From positions 10,719-74,718 of the forward strand of contig JALCBP010000006.1 of the NCBI GenBank assembly GCA_028066355.1: a DNA stretch of 64,000 nt, written 5' to 3'. The notes beneath the pieces were generated by a model. It was given only the letters and a program-made list of their open reading frames with translations. It was not told the DNA's origin and ran no database searches. Both the position numbers and the translations under genes were made by a program. Below are positions 19,170-28,833 of the stretch, one piece after another. Each line of letters begins with the position of its first letter. Position 1 is the first letter of the stretch. This stretch comes from Pirellulales bacterium. GTDB lineage: Bacteria > Planctomycetota > Planctomycetia > Pirellulales > UBA1268.

Positions 19170-20534
19170 ATGCAAAGTTCTGTTACTCCAAGTCCAACTA
19201 CTATCGACGTACGCGAACTCATTATCGGCAGCGGTCCATTTGGCCCCAACGAAGTTCGGGCGATTGCTGACTCACTTGGAACCAACACGGATACCCACCG
19301 AGAACTAAGGCTAACTGTCCAGGAACTTCAACAGGTCAGCGACCTGAGCCCAGCAGCGTCCGTTCGCCTTGGCGTCGCCCTATACCTACTCGGGCGGAGT
19401 AGTGAAGCCGTCGTATCACTTAAATCTGGTGATGGTTCAGCGCTTGCCCTATTTGCACTCGGCCTAGCTCAAGCTGCTCTTGCTGCAGCCGACGATGCGT
19501 GTGCTTCTTTTGATGCGGCCCGAACAGCAGGATATCCCGCCGGCGCATGCCTCGCCGCGCAAGCGAATACGCTGCGTGCGGCGAACAGACTTGAGGAGGC
19601 TGTTGCCGTATTGAGCAACGCCACCGATGAAGAAAAGTCATCGGCTGAATACCTCGCCGCGCAGGGGGCTATTGCGGTCGAGCGTGGTGATTCTGTCGCA
19701 GACACACTCAATATACTTGAGAAGGCGGTCGAAAGTGACAGTGGCCAACCACTTGCTTTGTTCTGCCTTGGCGTACTCCACGACAGAATCGGTAATGACG
19801 ATGAAGCAATAGACTGTTACCAACGTTCGCTGCTCAGATATCCTGCAACGGTCGGGGCACTCATGAACCTCGGTCTTCTCTACGAGGATCGTGATGACTT
19901 TTCTCAGGCTCAGCAGTGTTACCGAAGAATTCTCGATGGCCTCCCGATTGATGCACCGGGTCGAGAAGAAGCTATTTCCCGTGCAAAGCTTTTCCTCAAG
20001 GATTCTGCGGCATCTGGTGATCGACAACTCGATGAGCAGGAGCAGCGACAGCGTGACCGACTCGAGCAGGTACTCGCACTCCCAGTAAGTGACTTTGAGC
20101 TTTCAGTTCGGAGCCGCAATTGCTTGGCAAAAATGGGCATCCAAACATTGGGCGACCTCACGCAGACTAGTGAAGCGGATGTACTAGCCAGCAAGAACTT
20201 CGGTGAAACTAGCCTTGTTGAAATCAAAGACATTCTTGCGTCAAAGGGACTCCTGCTCGGTCAGTTTGCAACACCATCAATGGCTGCAGAATCCTCACCG
20301 AACTTCGATGAACCTGTTGGCGAACAAACTGAAATTCATGGACTGCCAGTCACGGAACTCAACCTTTCCGTTCGCGCGAGAAAATGCACCACCAAGCTTG
20401 GCATCATGACCATTGGTGAGTTAGTTCGTAGAACGGCAGAGGATCTTATGGAATGCAAAAACTTTGGAGTAACGAGCCTCAACGAAGTTCGTGAGAGACT
20501 TGGCGAACGAGGACTAAAGCTTCGGGGCGAGTAG
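19170..20534 (+). CDS. TPR-repeat protein with two RNA polymerase alpha-subunit C-terminal domains
   Basis: TPR-like helices (ALFCLGVLHDRIG..EAIDCYQRSL; ALMNLGLLYED). Then PVSDFELSVRSRNCL...KNFGETSLVEIKDILASKGL and PVTELNLSVRARKC...KNFGVTSLNEVRERL. There is no alpha N-terminal domain. Confidence 0.9.
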   Translation: MQSSVTPSPTTIDVRELIIGSGPFGPNEVRAIADSLGTNTDTHRELRLTVQELQQVSDLSPAASVRLGVALYLLGRSSEAVVSLKSGDGSALALFALGLAQAALAAADDACASFDAARTAGYPAGACLAAQANTLRAANRLEEAVAVLSNATDEEKSSAEYLAAQGAIAVERGDSVADTLNILEKAVESDSGQPLALFCLGVLHDRIGNDDEAIDCYQRSLLRYPATVGALMNLGLLYEDRDDFSQAQQCYRRILDGLPIDAPGREEAISRAKLFLKDSAASGDRQLDEQEQRQRDRLEQVLALPVSDFELSVRSRNCLAKMGIQTLGDLTQTSEADVLASKNFGETSLVEIKDILASKGLLLGQFATPSMAAESSPNFDEPVGEQTEIHGLPVTELNLSVRARKCTTKLGIMTIGELVRRTAEDLMECKNFGVTSLNEVRERLGERGLKLRGE

Positions 20535-20537
20535 CAT

Positions 20538-20574
20538 CCGCCAGCAGGAACAGCGCCCGCCAGCAGGAACGGCG
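20538..20574. repeat. 18-bp tandem direct repeat, two copies, one mismatch
   Basis: CCGCCAGCAGGAACAGCG (20538-20555) and CCGCCAGCAGGAACGGCG (20557-20574). Confidence 0.85.
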
Positions 20575-20598
20575 TATCTACCAGTATTCTGCACACCA

Positions 20599-20676
20599 TC
20601 ATGCAATAAATTGCATGAAACGCTTGAAAAATAGCAACTCATGGGGGATTTCGCTCAAATTTGCCTAAAATTTGAG
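20599..20676. promoter_or_regulatory. Two perfect 9-bp-arm palindromes (operator-like) upstream of the DUF4912 gene
   Basis: TCATGCAAT-AA-ATTGCATGA (20599-20618) and CTCAAATTT-GCCTA-AAATTTGAG (20654-20676). Confidence 0.45.
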
Positions 20677-20780
20677 TCGTTTCTTTAGTTTCGATACCGT
20701 GGAGTCATCGGTGCGCCCAATGTGCAAAGGACGTTGACGCTCTCCAAAACCACACTTAATCGGGGTTTCTGAGGAATCAC

Positions 20781-22025
20781 ATGACAGTTGCAAGCCTTAA
20801 ACAGATGCGGGTTCGTGAACTTGCGCGAATGGCGAAACAATCCAAGATTCGTGGTTGGCACGCCATGCGAAAAGACCAACTGGTTAACGAACTTGTGCGA
20901 CGAGCCACAGCAGCCAAGTCAATTCGTGACACCAATGCTGATCAAGACAGCCACAAAGAGACCTGGGAAGAGGGCTCAACAGGTGAAACGAAAAGAAATC
21001 CGTCTAAAAAAGACGGTCGAAAATCCAAGTCTAATAGATCAACTGACATCAAGTTGAAGATCGATAGTTCGAAAACGGATAAAAAAAGGAGTCAAAAGAA
21101 AAAACAAGCAACTGTGCAGCGTGAAAGTACGGTAAAGCTGATCAAGGAAGCACAGGCACAACGGTCGCGTGTGAAAAGCCTTGTCACTCAACCTGAGCCG
21201 AGCCAGAAAGGAAACGCCGTACGTAACCGTGCCGTCCTTATGGCCCGTGGCCCGCATTGGCTCCATGCGTTCTGGGAAATCACAAGTGATAGCGTCCTCC
21301 GCGTTAAAGCCGCAATGGGGACCAAGTGGCACACAGCAGTTCCCGTACTTCGGGTGCTTGAAGTTTTTGGCGACAAAGGTGAGACACCTTCGGAACGTAT
21401 TTTTCGTGAAATCCAAATACATGGTGGCGTTAAGAACTGGTTTATCGACATGCGCAAGCCTATGCCTTGTCGAGTGGAGGTTGGCTACAAGACTCGTTGC
21501 GGGAAATTCTACAAGCTATGCCGCAGCAACAGGATCGCTGCAGCACCGGTCTGCCGCGCTGATTCGCTCGACATACACTGGAAAGACATTGAATCGGACT
21601 CTTCCAGGATTTTTTCGCTTAGTGGTGGCTACACGGATGATACTGACTCCGAAGAGGTGCGGAAGCTCTTTCAAGAACGTTTGCGGCAGCCATTAGGACC
21701 GCCGGAAATAAACAATATGAAACACAATGAGGCAAATACTTACAGCGAGAAAAAGGGATTCCCGATGGAAGTTGACGCGGAACTGGTTATTTTTGGAACC
21801 ACTGAGAAAGGCAGCTATCTATCCATTAAGGGTGAGCCAATCGACATAGCCAGTGATGGAAGTTTCCGCATACGCCTGCAGATGCCAAACAGACGTCAAG
21901 TCATTCCCATTTATGGCCAATCAGCTTCTGGACTCGAACAGCAAACTGTTGTGCTCGCCGTTGAGAGAAATACCAGAATGATGGAGCCTGCCCCAATAGG
22001 TGAAACGGCCAGCAACGAACTCTAA
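20781..22025 (+). CDS. DUF4912-family protein with N-terminal Rho_N-like domain
   Basis: LKQMRVRELARMAKQSKIRGWHAMRKDQLV (Rho_N-like), a basic linker, VLMARGPHWLHAFWEI...NWFID...VEVGY...SN, and C-terminal VDAELVIFGTTE..DGSF. Confidence 0.85.
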   Translation: MTVASLKQMRVRELARMAKQSKIRGWHAMRKDQLVNELVRRATAAKSIRDTNADQDSHKETWEEGSTGETKRNPSKKDGRKSKSNRSTDIKLKIDSSKTDKKRSQKKKQATVQRESTVKLIKEAQAQRSRVKSLVTQPEPSQKGNAVRNRAVLMARGPHWLHAFWEITSDSVLRVKAAMGTKWHTAVPVLRVLEVFGDKGETPSERIFREIQIHGGVKNWFIDMRKPMPCRVEVGYKTRCGKFYKLCRSNRIAAAPVCRADSLDIHWKDIESDSSRIFSLSGGYTDDTDSEEVRKLFQERLRQPLGPPEINNMKHNEANTYSEKKGFPMEVDAELVIFGTTEKGSYLSIKGEPIDIASDGSFRIRLQMPNRRQVIPIYGQSASGLEQQTVVLAVERNTRMMEPAPIGETASNEL

Positions 22026-22386
22026 ATCACTTTTTTGGCGATACGCACCTCTAAAATCGATGCGCTTCTATTCATTGAAACTGATGTGGGTATCATAGAA
22101 ATAGTGGAAGAATGCGAGATGTCGCTCAACGAGAGTGTGGGGCGGTAAGTTTTCTGCCATGCCCGTGTTGTGTCGAACCATGCCGGTGAGCTCTTAATGA
22201 GGCTCGTCGGGTGCCAAACATAGCTCCGGTCGTTTGCGATGCCGAGACGAAAATTTTTCTCGTGTTCGGATGCCAACCCCGGGTTGCTGAGGCACCCTCC
22301 TTTTAATTTGGCGAGCTCTCCGCATTCCGCGACACCACGACATCGCGGTGGTTTGCTTATCGCCCCATGCCCTCATCGGCAAAAGT

Positions 22387-22638
22387 CTATCCTTCTTTGT
22401 CGGATGTCTTGTCTGGTCGTTCAAGGATGGTGATACCTGCGGTGACTGTTGTCGTCACCAGTGAACAGGCCCACCCTACGCCCAGACCAATAGCGACACG
22501 AACACAGAAACGACCGCCTGCATGATCGCCCATCCCTTCCAGCAAGCCAGCGAGGCCAAGTACGAGAACTATCACAACTGGGAGAAATAGCCCTAGTAGA
22601 ACAGACCATGTAAGAACGCGATGCAAAATGGAGAACAT
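22387..22638 (-). CDS. Small two-TM membrane protein
   Basis: 83 aa with two hydrophobic helices joined by GMGDHAGG. Confidence 0.6.
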   Translation of the reverse strand: MFSILHRVLTWSVLLGLFLPVVIVLVLGLAGLLEGMGDHAGGRFCVRVAIGLGVGWACSLVTTTVTAGITILERPDKTSDKEG

Positions 22639-22792
22639 GAATTGGCAAATCCTTGCGGCTTTACGCGACTCGATTGCTTAGATGGAACAAGTGATGAATT
22701 TTTCTACGCAGACCGATCTATAAAGATAAATAACCGCTCGGCCAGGAACGAGTATCTCTATAATATTGAAATTCTCTTCGTATATTGAGATA

Positions 22793-25192
22793 ATGATTCA
22801 CTTTTTTCGAACGTCAACCTGCGAAAGTCCAGCCCGAAGAGCTGGAACCTATTTCCCTTGTTTTTGCACGGTTTTGCTAGCCTACTGCATTTCATCTATT
22901 CCCTCTTATGCTGACCGCGTAACCCTTGATGATGGCCGCATTCTTAGTGGCACAATCGCTCTACTTCCAGGGGTAAGTGTTGACCCCGAGGCAGAGGACG
23001 GATCCGGGTCTACCGTCGTAATGTGCGACAATGGCTTAACTCGAACATTTGTTTCAAAGAAGCGGGTTATCGGAGCAGCTGAAGAGGACGCCGGTCAGGC
23101 GTTCGAGAAAATAAGAATTTCCCAGCGAGTACCAGATAGTGGCCGGCGTGTGTCGAGCATCGGAAATATCATTGCCACCACTCCATTTGACGAGTTCGGC
23201 AGACGCGTTATCACGCTCTCAACACCGGGAGGCCGTTTAGACCTCGTACAAGGGATCACTTCGATAACACCCGAGTGGACTGCAGTCGAAGGACTGATCA
23301 CAGAACACTCGCTACGTCTTGACATGCGACTTGCCACATCCTCAGTTCCCCGCGAGACGCTCAGCCAGATTATCAAAAAGCAACTGGATAGTGACGATCT
23401 CGATGAGCGGCTCCAATTTGTTCGCCTTCTCATTCAAGGGGCTCAATACAAGGAAGCAAAACTTGAACTGCAGAGCGTGTTAAAAGATTTTCCCTCTCTC
23501 AAAAGCCTTCAGGAACAACAAAAGAACATCTCGAACCTTGCAGCAAACCAAGTGCTTGCAGAGATACTTTTACGAAAAAACTCGGGGCAAGACCGCCTCG
23601 TAATTAGCCTGTTGGAAAATTTTTCTGCGGAGGATGGAGACGGTGAATTACTTCAAGCTGTCAAAGAACTCCGCGATGATTATCGTGCAGAATTGAAACG
23701 GGCCAGAACTCAAGTCCAGGAAATTAAAGCACTGGCTGACCAATTGCCTGATGCTCGTGACAAGAACCTGGTTGGTACCATCGTGGAGGAGATCTCGACG
23801 GAACTTACATTCGAAAGCCTTAAGCGACTGTCGGTATTCGAACGCGTTGGCTCAAACGGCCAGTTACCACCAGAACAAGCACTTTCATTAGCTCTTACCG
23901 GTTGGCTTGGTGGTGAAAATGCGTCACAGATAAACCTCAAGCTAGCCATTTCTATGGCGAATGTCCGTAATCTTTTGAGTCGGTATCTTCTTTCAAAGGA
24001 ACCCAAAGAGCGGCAAGAGATTCGCCAACGACTCGACACCGAGGAAGCGTTTGACGCAAAAACGATTGCAGCCCTAGCGTCACATATGGTGCCTCCAGCC
24101 GCTCCTGCTGGCAGTAGCGTCGATGGATTTTTTGAGCTCGAGGCTTGCCTCCCATTCCCAGAAGGCCAAAACAAAGCGACTGCCCGTTATTTCGTGCAAT
24201 TGCCTCCGGAATATGACGCGCGTCGAAGATACCCGACCATCATGACATTACATGGTGCAGGAACCACACCACTGCAACAGATCGACTGGTGGGCGGGAAC
24301 AAAAACCAAAAATGGAAGACGTGACGGGCAGGGCGGCAGGCACGGAGTAATCGTGATCTCGCCAGCATGGAGTGAAAAAACACAGCTTGAATATCGATAT
24401 TCTGCAAAGGAACATTCATTGATTCTAGCAGTGCTGCGTGACGCTTCTCGTCAATTTTCAATCGATTCAAACCGAGTATTTCTATCAGGGCATTCCATCG
24501 GTGGGGATGCAGCATGGGACATCGGACTATCACATCCAGATCTCTGGGCAGGAATTATTGTTTTATCAGGTAAAGCTGGCCGGTTTGTTCACCACTACCA
24601 CCCAAACGCACAAACGCTTCCTTTTTATATTGTCTGCGGTGGACTTGACCACACGACATTTACCGCCAATGAAATGGATCTTGATCGGTATTTAAAGAAA
24701 GGGTTCGACCTAACGTATGTAGAGTATCGGGGACGGGGGCACGAGCATTTCTCTGATGAACTGATAAATATATTTGATTGGACAACTCGTAAAATCCGAT
24801 CAAGCTCTCCAAAAGAAATTGATGCTGTGAGCATGAGGCCATGGGACCGGTTTTTCTGGTGGATTGAAATGAATTCACCGCCCCAGCAAACAATGGTACT
24901 GCCTGAGAATTGGCCGCCTGCTCGCTTTGGTCAGCCCTTCTCGCTCTCAGCCAAAGCCGGCACAAGCAACAAAATTAATGCCCGCTGTGGTGCTGACCAA
25001 GTACGAATCTGGTTATCACCAGAAATAATCGACTTTCAACGGCCGCTTACGATTTACTTGGGTAGTCGTCGCTTACATCAAGGTGAGATCACACCTGATG
25101 TCGATGTGCTCTTGGAAGATCTTCGTACCCGGTGTGACTACCAACACCCGTTTTGGGCTGTCATCACAAAACCCAGCGTGGCTGAGAATTGA
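22793..25192 (+). CDS. Large exported protein with C-terminal alpha/beta-hydrolase domain; start uncertain
   Basis: Signal-like segment ending ...PSYA-DRVTLDDGRILSG. LPPEYD..RYP..LHG, nucleophile GHSIGG, GGLD and GRGHE. Confidence 0.85.
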   Translation: MIHFFRTSTCESPARRAGTYFPCFCTVLLAYCISSIPSYADRVTLDDGRILSGTIALLPGVSVDPEAEDGSGSTVVMCDNGLTRTFVSKKRVIGAAEEDAGQAFEKIRISQRVPDSGRRVSSIGNIIATTPFDEFGRRVITLSTPGGRLDLVQGITSITPEWTAVEGLITEHSLRLDMRLATSSVPRETLSQIIKKQLDSDDLDERLQFVRLLIQGAQYKEAKLELQSVLKDFPSLKSLQEQQKNISNLAANQVLAEILLRKNSGQDRLVISLLENFSAEDGDGELLQAVKELRDDYRAELKRARTQVQEIKALADQLPDARDKNLVGTIVEEISTELTFESLKRLSVFERVGSNGQLPPEQALSLALTGWLGGENASQINLKLAISMANVRNLLSRYLLSKEPKERQEIRQRLDTEEAFDAKTIAALASHMVPPAAPAGSSVDGFFELEACLPFPEGQNKATARYFVQLPPEYDARRRYPTIMTLHGAGTTPLQQIDWWAGTKTKNGRRDGQGGRHGVIVISPAWSEKTQLEYRYSAKEHSLILAVLRDASRQFSIDSNRVFLSGHSIGGDAAWDIGLSHPDLWAGIIVLSGKAGRFVHHYHPNAQTLPFYIVCGGLDHTTFTANEMDLDRYLKKGFDLTYVEYRGRGHEHFSDELINIFDWTTRKIRSSSPKEIDAVSMRPWDRFFWWIEMNSPPQQTMVLPENWPPARFGQPFSLSAKAGTSNKINARCGADQVRIWLSPEIIDFQRPLTIYLGSRRLHQGEITPDVDVLLEDLRTRCDYQHPFWAVITKPSVAEN

Positions 25193-25221
25193 CTGGCCTG
25201 CATTTTTGTTACATTCCAAAA

Positions 25222-27279
25222 CTAATTGCTGGCACTCGTTGCAGCATCTTGGTTCGTTGAGGCAGCAGAACGAGCCAGCGTGATACCGCTGAGCCGCCAT
25301 CCGTCCTCTAAATTTTGCATAACGAATCCATTCGTACCAAAATATTTTTTAATACGTTCAAAATCAGGCAACGTACTTCCATCAATTTTTTGATCACGAA
25401 CACTGCCAGGCTCTCCATCTCCTAAAAGACTGTTCAGCAGTTGGCCTGTTATGCTTTTTGACTTTGGCATTGCACCCCGCTTTAGCATTTCAAAAGTCGG
25501 TCGGATTGAATCGCCTGAACGCCCAAATCCCCATAAAACAACTGCGGAAGGGAAGAGCTTCTTGAGAGCGGCATCAATCCGTTTGTAGTCACCTGAAGTT
25601 GCAAGAGAATCCCCTTCACTCATTGTTAACACCCGTTCAAGAACATCTCGGTGTGAGGCGATCAAAAGATGACCATGCGCAACGGTTACGGCAGAATGAG
25701 GGAGCAGTTTTTCTTCCTTTTCACGCAGCCGTCTACGACGATCGCTTGGGCTGTCTTCTTCCTGGTCTGCATGTGCAACAATTCCGCCGGGCGTTTCTAT
25801 CTCGAGTGTAGGAATTTCCATCGAACGGTCTATTAACTCCCAGATAACAACACCATGAGCCTCAATCCGGCGCATATCCGGATCAGTTGCCATACTTTTG
25901 CCAACTGTGGCTGCAACTTTTTCTGGATCTGTTGCCTCAACTGCAATCACAAGGCGGTCGCTATCGATATCAATTGGCTCTTCGTAATCACCAAGAAGAA
26001 CAATTCTTTTACCCAAACACGCAATCAGGTCTGACTCGACATCGATTTGCGGACCATCTGGGTCTTCTTTGAGCGATGCAATTACGTCATCAAAAACCCC
26101 TTTTTCACCAACGACGTCATCCACAAGAGATTCCGCGGACTGAAAGGCAGTCTGTATGTCCCATTTCAACGAGGACCAACTCGACACATTTTTTGGGACC
26201 CAACTCAAAGGCTGAATTTCGGCACTCTCTGGGAACCGAAGCATACGAGCAGCAAGATCATATCGGTCGATTGATGCAGGGTCACGTCCGGGTAGTGGCG
26301 GTGCATAGGCGATAGTTTGATGACGCATTTGGTGCGGGCCGTCATCGAACATGATAACACCGCCCAGAGCCTTCACTGCATCAAATCCCTGGCGGCCGAG
26401 TATCTCAACGTAGTCTGGTCCCTTCTGTCGTTTTTTGGGTGGGTGCGCCAACTTGTATGCTGCAGCAAACCTGAACGGATCGATGTACCAACGCAGTTTT
26501 GATGGAGAAGCAGCTAAATTCTCTAGCGAGCCTTCGCTTACCTTTACGAACTGTTCTTTTGAAGCGAGGCTATCTTGCCGACCGTTTTCGAGAACCGCAA
26601 GCACGTGACTGACCTGAACCGGATCATCTCCGACGACAAGAGCTCTCCCTTCGTGCACAACTGCCACGACCTGTTCTGCTGGTTCTTCAGTGCCTACATC
26701 GTCTGCGCTTGGATCCTCCTGAGGAAGTTTATAGACACGGATTTTTTCTTCGAAGTCAGCAAGACGTTCTGCTTTTTGTTCAAGCAGACGGTCTTCAATC
26801 GTACCCAGCAGTTCCTCGGTCTCCTTCTCATGCCCCGAGGTATCGACGAGTAATACGGTTGCTAGACGACCAGCCTCTGGAACGATCGCTGCTACGGCAA
26901 TCTCTCCTCCTGGAATCTCTCCAAGGTCTTCAATAGTAAGACCGAGTTTACCAAGCCGTTGCTTTCCAGCCTTTGAAAGCTGCTGTCGGAAACTCGTAAC
27001 AAAAGCCTCCATACTTGGATCACTCAGAAGTTTGCCGTACTGAGTACGATCAAAACTTGCTCCAAAATCTTCCGGATCAGCGATACTTATCCACGCCACT
27101 GTTGTATCTGGAAAAACTCTCTGGCTCTCCGGAAATGCTGGGTTCTCAGCCCACACAGGACCGACGCAACACACAACGAAGTGAAAGGCAAACAGCCAAC
27201 CGGCAAAACCTCTCAGAAGGCATCGATGGGGTATTGTGAGACACCAACCCTTTATTTGATCGTTCGATATACGCTCCAC
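25222..27279 (-). CDS. Exported hypothetical protein (possibly DUF3352-like)
   Basis: 685-aa ORF with a signal-like segment (..VGPVWA), then FPDTTVAWISIAD. No catalytic motif recognised. Confidence 0.7.
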   Translation of the reverse strand: MERISNDQIKGWCLTIPHRCLLRGFAGWLFAFHFVVCCVGPVWAENPAFPESQRVFPDTTVAWISIADPEDFGASFDRTQYGKLLSDPSMEAFVTSFRQQLSKAGKQRLGKLGLTIEDLGEIPGGEIAVAAIVPEAGRLATVLLVDTSGHEKETEELLGTIEDRLLEQKAERLADFEEKIRVYKLPQEDPSADDVGTEEPAEQVVAVVHEGRALVVGDDPVQVSHVLAVLENGRQDSLASKEQFVKVSEGSLENLAASPSKLRWYIDPFRFAAAYKLAHPPKKRQKGPDYVEILGRQGFDAVKALGGVIMFDDGPHQMRHQTIAYAPPLPGRDPASIDRYDLAARMLRFPESAEIQPLSWVPKNVSSWSSLKWDIQTAFQSAESLVDDVVGEKGVFDDVIASLKEDPDGPQIDVESDLIACLGKRIVLLGDYEEPIDIDSDRLVIAVEATDPEKVAATVGKSMATDPDMRRIEAHGVVIWELIDRSMEIPTLEIETPGGIVAHADQEEDSPSDRRRRLREKEEKLLPHSAVTVAHGHLLIASHRDVLERVLTMSEGDSLATSGDYKRIDAALKKLFPSAVVLWGFGRSGDSIRPTFEMLKRGAMPKSKSITGQLLNSLLGDGEPGSVRDQKIDGSTLPDFERIKKYFGTNGFVMQNLEDGWRLSGITLARSAASTNQDAATSASN

Positions 27280-27504
27280 AGATCAACTCCTTTTGATTCC
27301 GGCACCCTGCGGCGACCAGACGTAACTCCGAAAACCAATCCGTCGTGAATCCAGCTGAACACCTGACAGCTCGACAGTCTTTACGGACAAACCTGTCAGA
27401 ACCAGAACTTGGAGTGTGTCAGGCTTTCCCATTTTTCTCAACATCAACTTTCTCGGATAAAGCACACAAAAACAGGCATCTACGCGCATTTTCATGGAGT
27501 TTAT

Positions 27505-28782
27505 TCATGACAGTGTGTCATAAAAACTCTGTTGCAACAGGAACGTGCCCCATACTCCCATAACAAAGACTGCAAGACTGAAAGCAAACACAGTCTCAGT
27601 TCGTGCCTTAGCTCGTTGCAAAAAAAGACATGCAATCAGTGTTATGGCCCCTATCACAGTAAGAAAACCTACCGCCTGCAAGCCACTACCTGCTCCAGAA
27701 CTCCCAACAGCAGCCAGAGACACCACGAGTGGCGGCCAAGAAACAATCGCCCCATAACTGACAAGTACAATTCCGGCTTGAAAAATTCGATTGGGTGTAG
27801 TGAGTCTCTCCAACCATCTGGCTCGTCTTCTGCATGACAAAAGACAATCCCACTCGGAAACAACCTTGTGACCGTCCAACAACGAGGCAGATGGAATTGC
27901 TATCGCACCGAACACAATACTCGCAAGAATTTCGTACCTTGGAACGTCTGAACTCGTTAGCAGAAGCCAACCTACCATAGCCACTAGTAGTGACACGATT
28001 GCAATGATTCGCAAAGTGCGCCGCCATGGTGACTGAACTGGAAGTATCCCGAGGAACGCAATTGATGAGAAACCATTCTCTTTTGAAGGTCGTGCTGCCG
28101 CCTCATTACGTAGCAGAATACTGCCAAAGATATCTGGATAGCTACTTGAGAACACTTCTGCACCAAGTAGAAGCAAGACAAGGCCCGCACCCAGCCAAAC
28201 CATTACCAAGATGAAAGGGACTGCCCAAATAAGCCACGGTGGCATGCACGAAAAACTCCACCCAACTATCGCGATGGCAGACCATCCGGTTAAGAGCACA
28301 CCCGAATATGCATCAGCTATTGGAAACCCAGAAACCAAAAAAGTGAAGAATGTTCCTGCCGTTAAAACAATGATTACAATGCCTTCCAAAAGCAACGTGG
28401 CTTGTTGCACTTGATCATTCTGCCCAACAATGGCCTTCACAATAAGTCCTGAAACACATCCTATGGTTGGCCAGAGAAGCCGTACGACATACCAGGAAAG
28501 CCCATGCGGCAACGCCGAGACTGACCTTGTGAAACTGCCGAAGGCCCATTTCCTCGCATGACTGCGGAATGACCAAAGTGGAAGCGTTGCGGATACCTCT
28601 CCCATACCAATGGCAGCCGCCGAGGCAAGAATACCCCAGAAAAACAGGGGGAGCCCCCACACGCCTGGTATTGTCATCTTCGGTATTGTCATCACAGCAC
28701 AGCCGGCTAGGCACAGGGAAACCCACGATGCAGGGCGTTGCCAATCGTGCTTGAGCCAAATCTTGATGACGGTAAAAAACAT
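27505..28782 (-). CDS. Multi-pass membrane protein of unknown function
   Basis: 425 aa with many hydrophobic segments; co-oriented downstream of argG. Confidence 0.65.
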   Translation of the reverse strand: MFFTVIKIWLKHDWQRPASWVSLCLAGCAVMTIPKMTIPGVWGLPLFFWGILASAAAIGMGEVSATLPLWSFRSHARKWAFGSFTRSVSALPHGLSWYVVRLLWPTIGCVSGLIVKAIVGQNDQVQQATLLLEGIVIIVLTAGTFFTFLVSGFPIADAYSGVLLTGWSAIAIVGWSFSCMPPWLIWAVPFILVMVWLGAGLVLLLLGAEVFSSSYPDIFGSILLRNEAAARPSKENGFSSIAFLGILPVQSPWRRTLRIIAIVSLLVAMVGWLLLTSSDVPRYEILASIVFGAIAIPSASLLDGHKVVSEWDCLLSCRRRARWLERLTTPNRIFQAGIVLVSYGAIVSWPPLVVSLAAVGSSGAGSGLQAVGFLTVIGAITLIACLFLQRAKARTETVFAFSLAVFVMGVWGTFLLQQSFYDTLS

Positions 28783-28833
28783 CCCACCGTGCTTTTTTAA
28801 AGACCCTCAAATCCTGTCATGTCAACATGAATA

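Noticed and set aside
19170-20534. Annotation as rpoA
   Set aside because: It lacks the alpha N-terminal domain and is not in the ribosomal protein operon.
20538-20574. Mini-CRISPR
   Set aside because: Only two 18-bp units separated by 1 nt, with no spacer and no cas genes.
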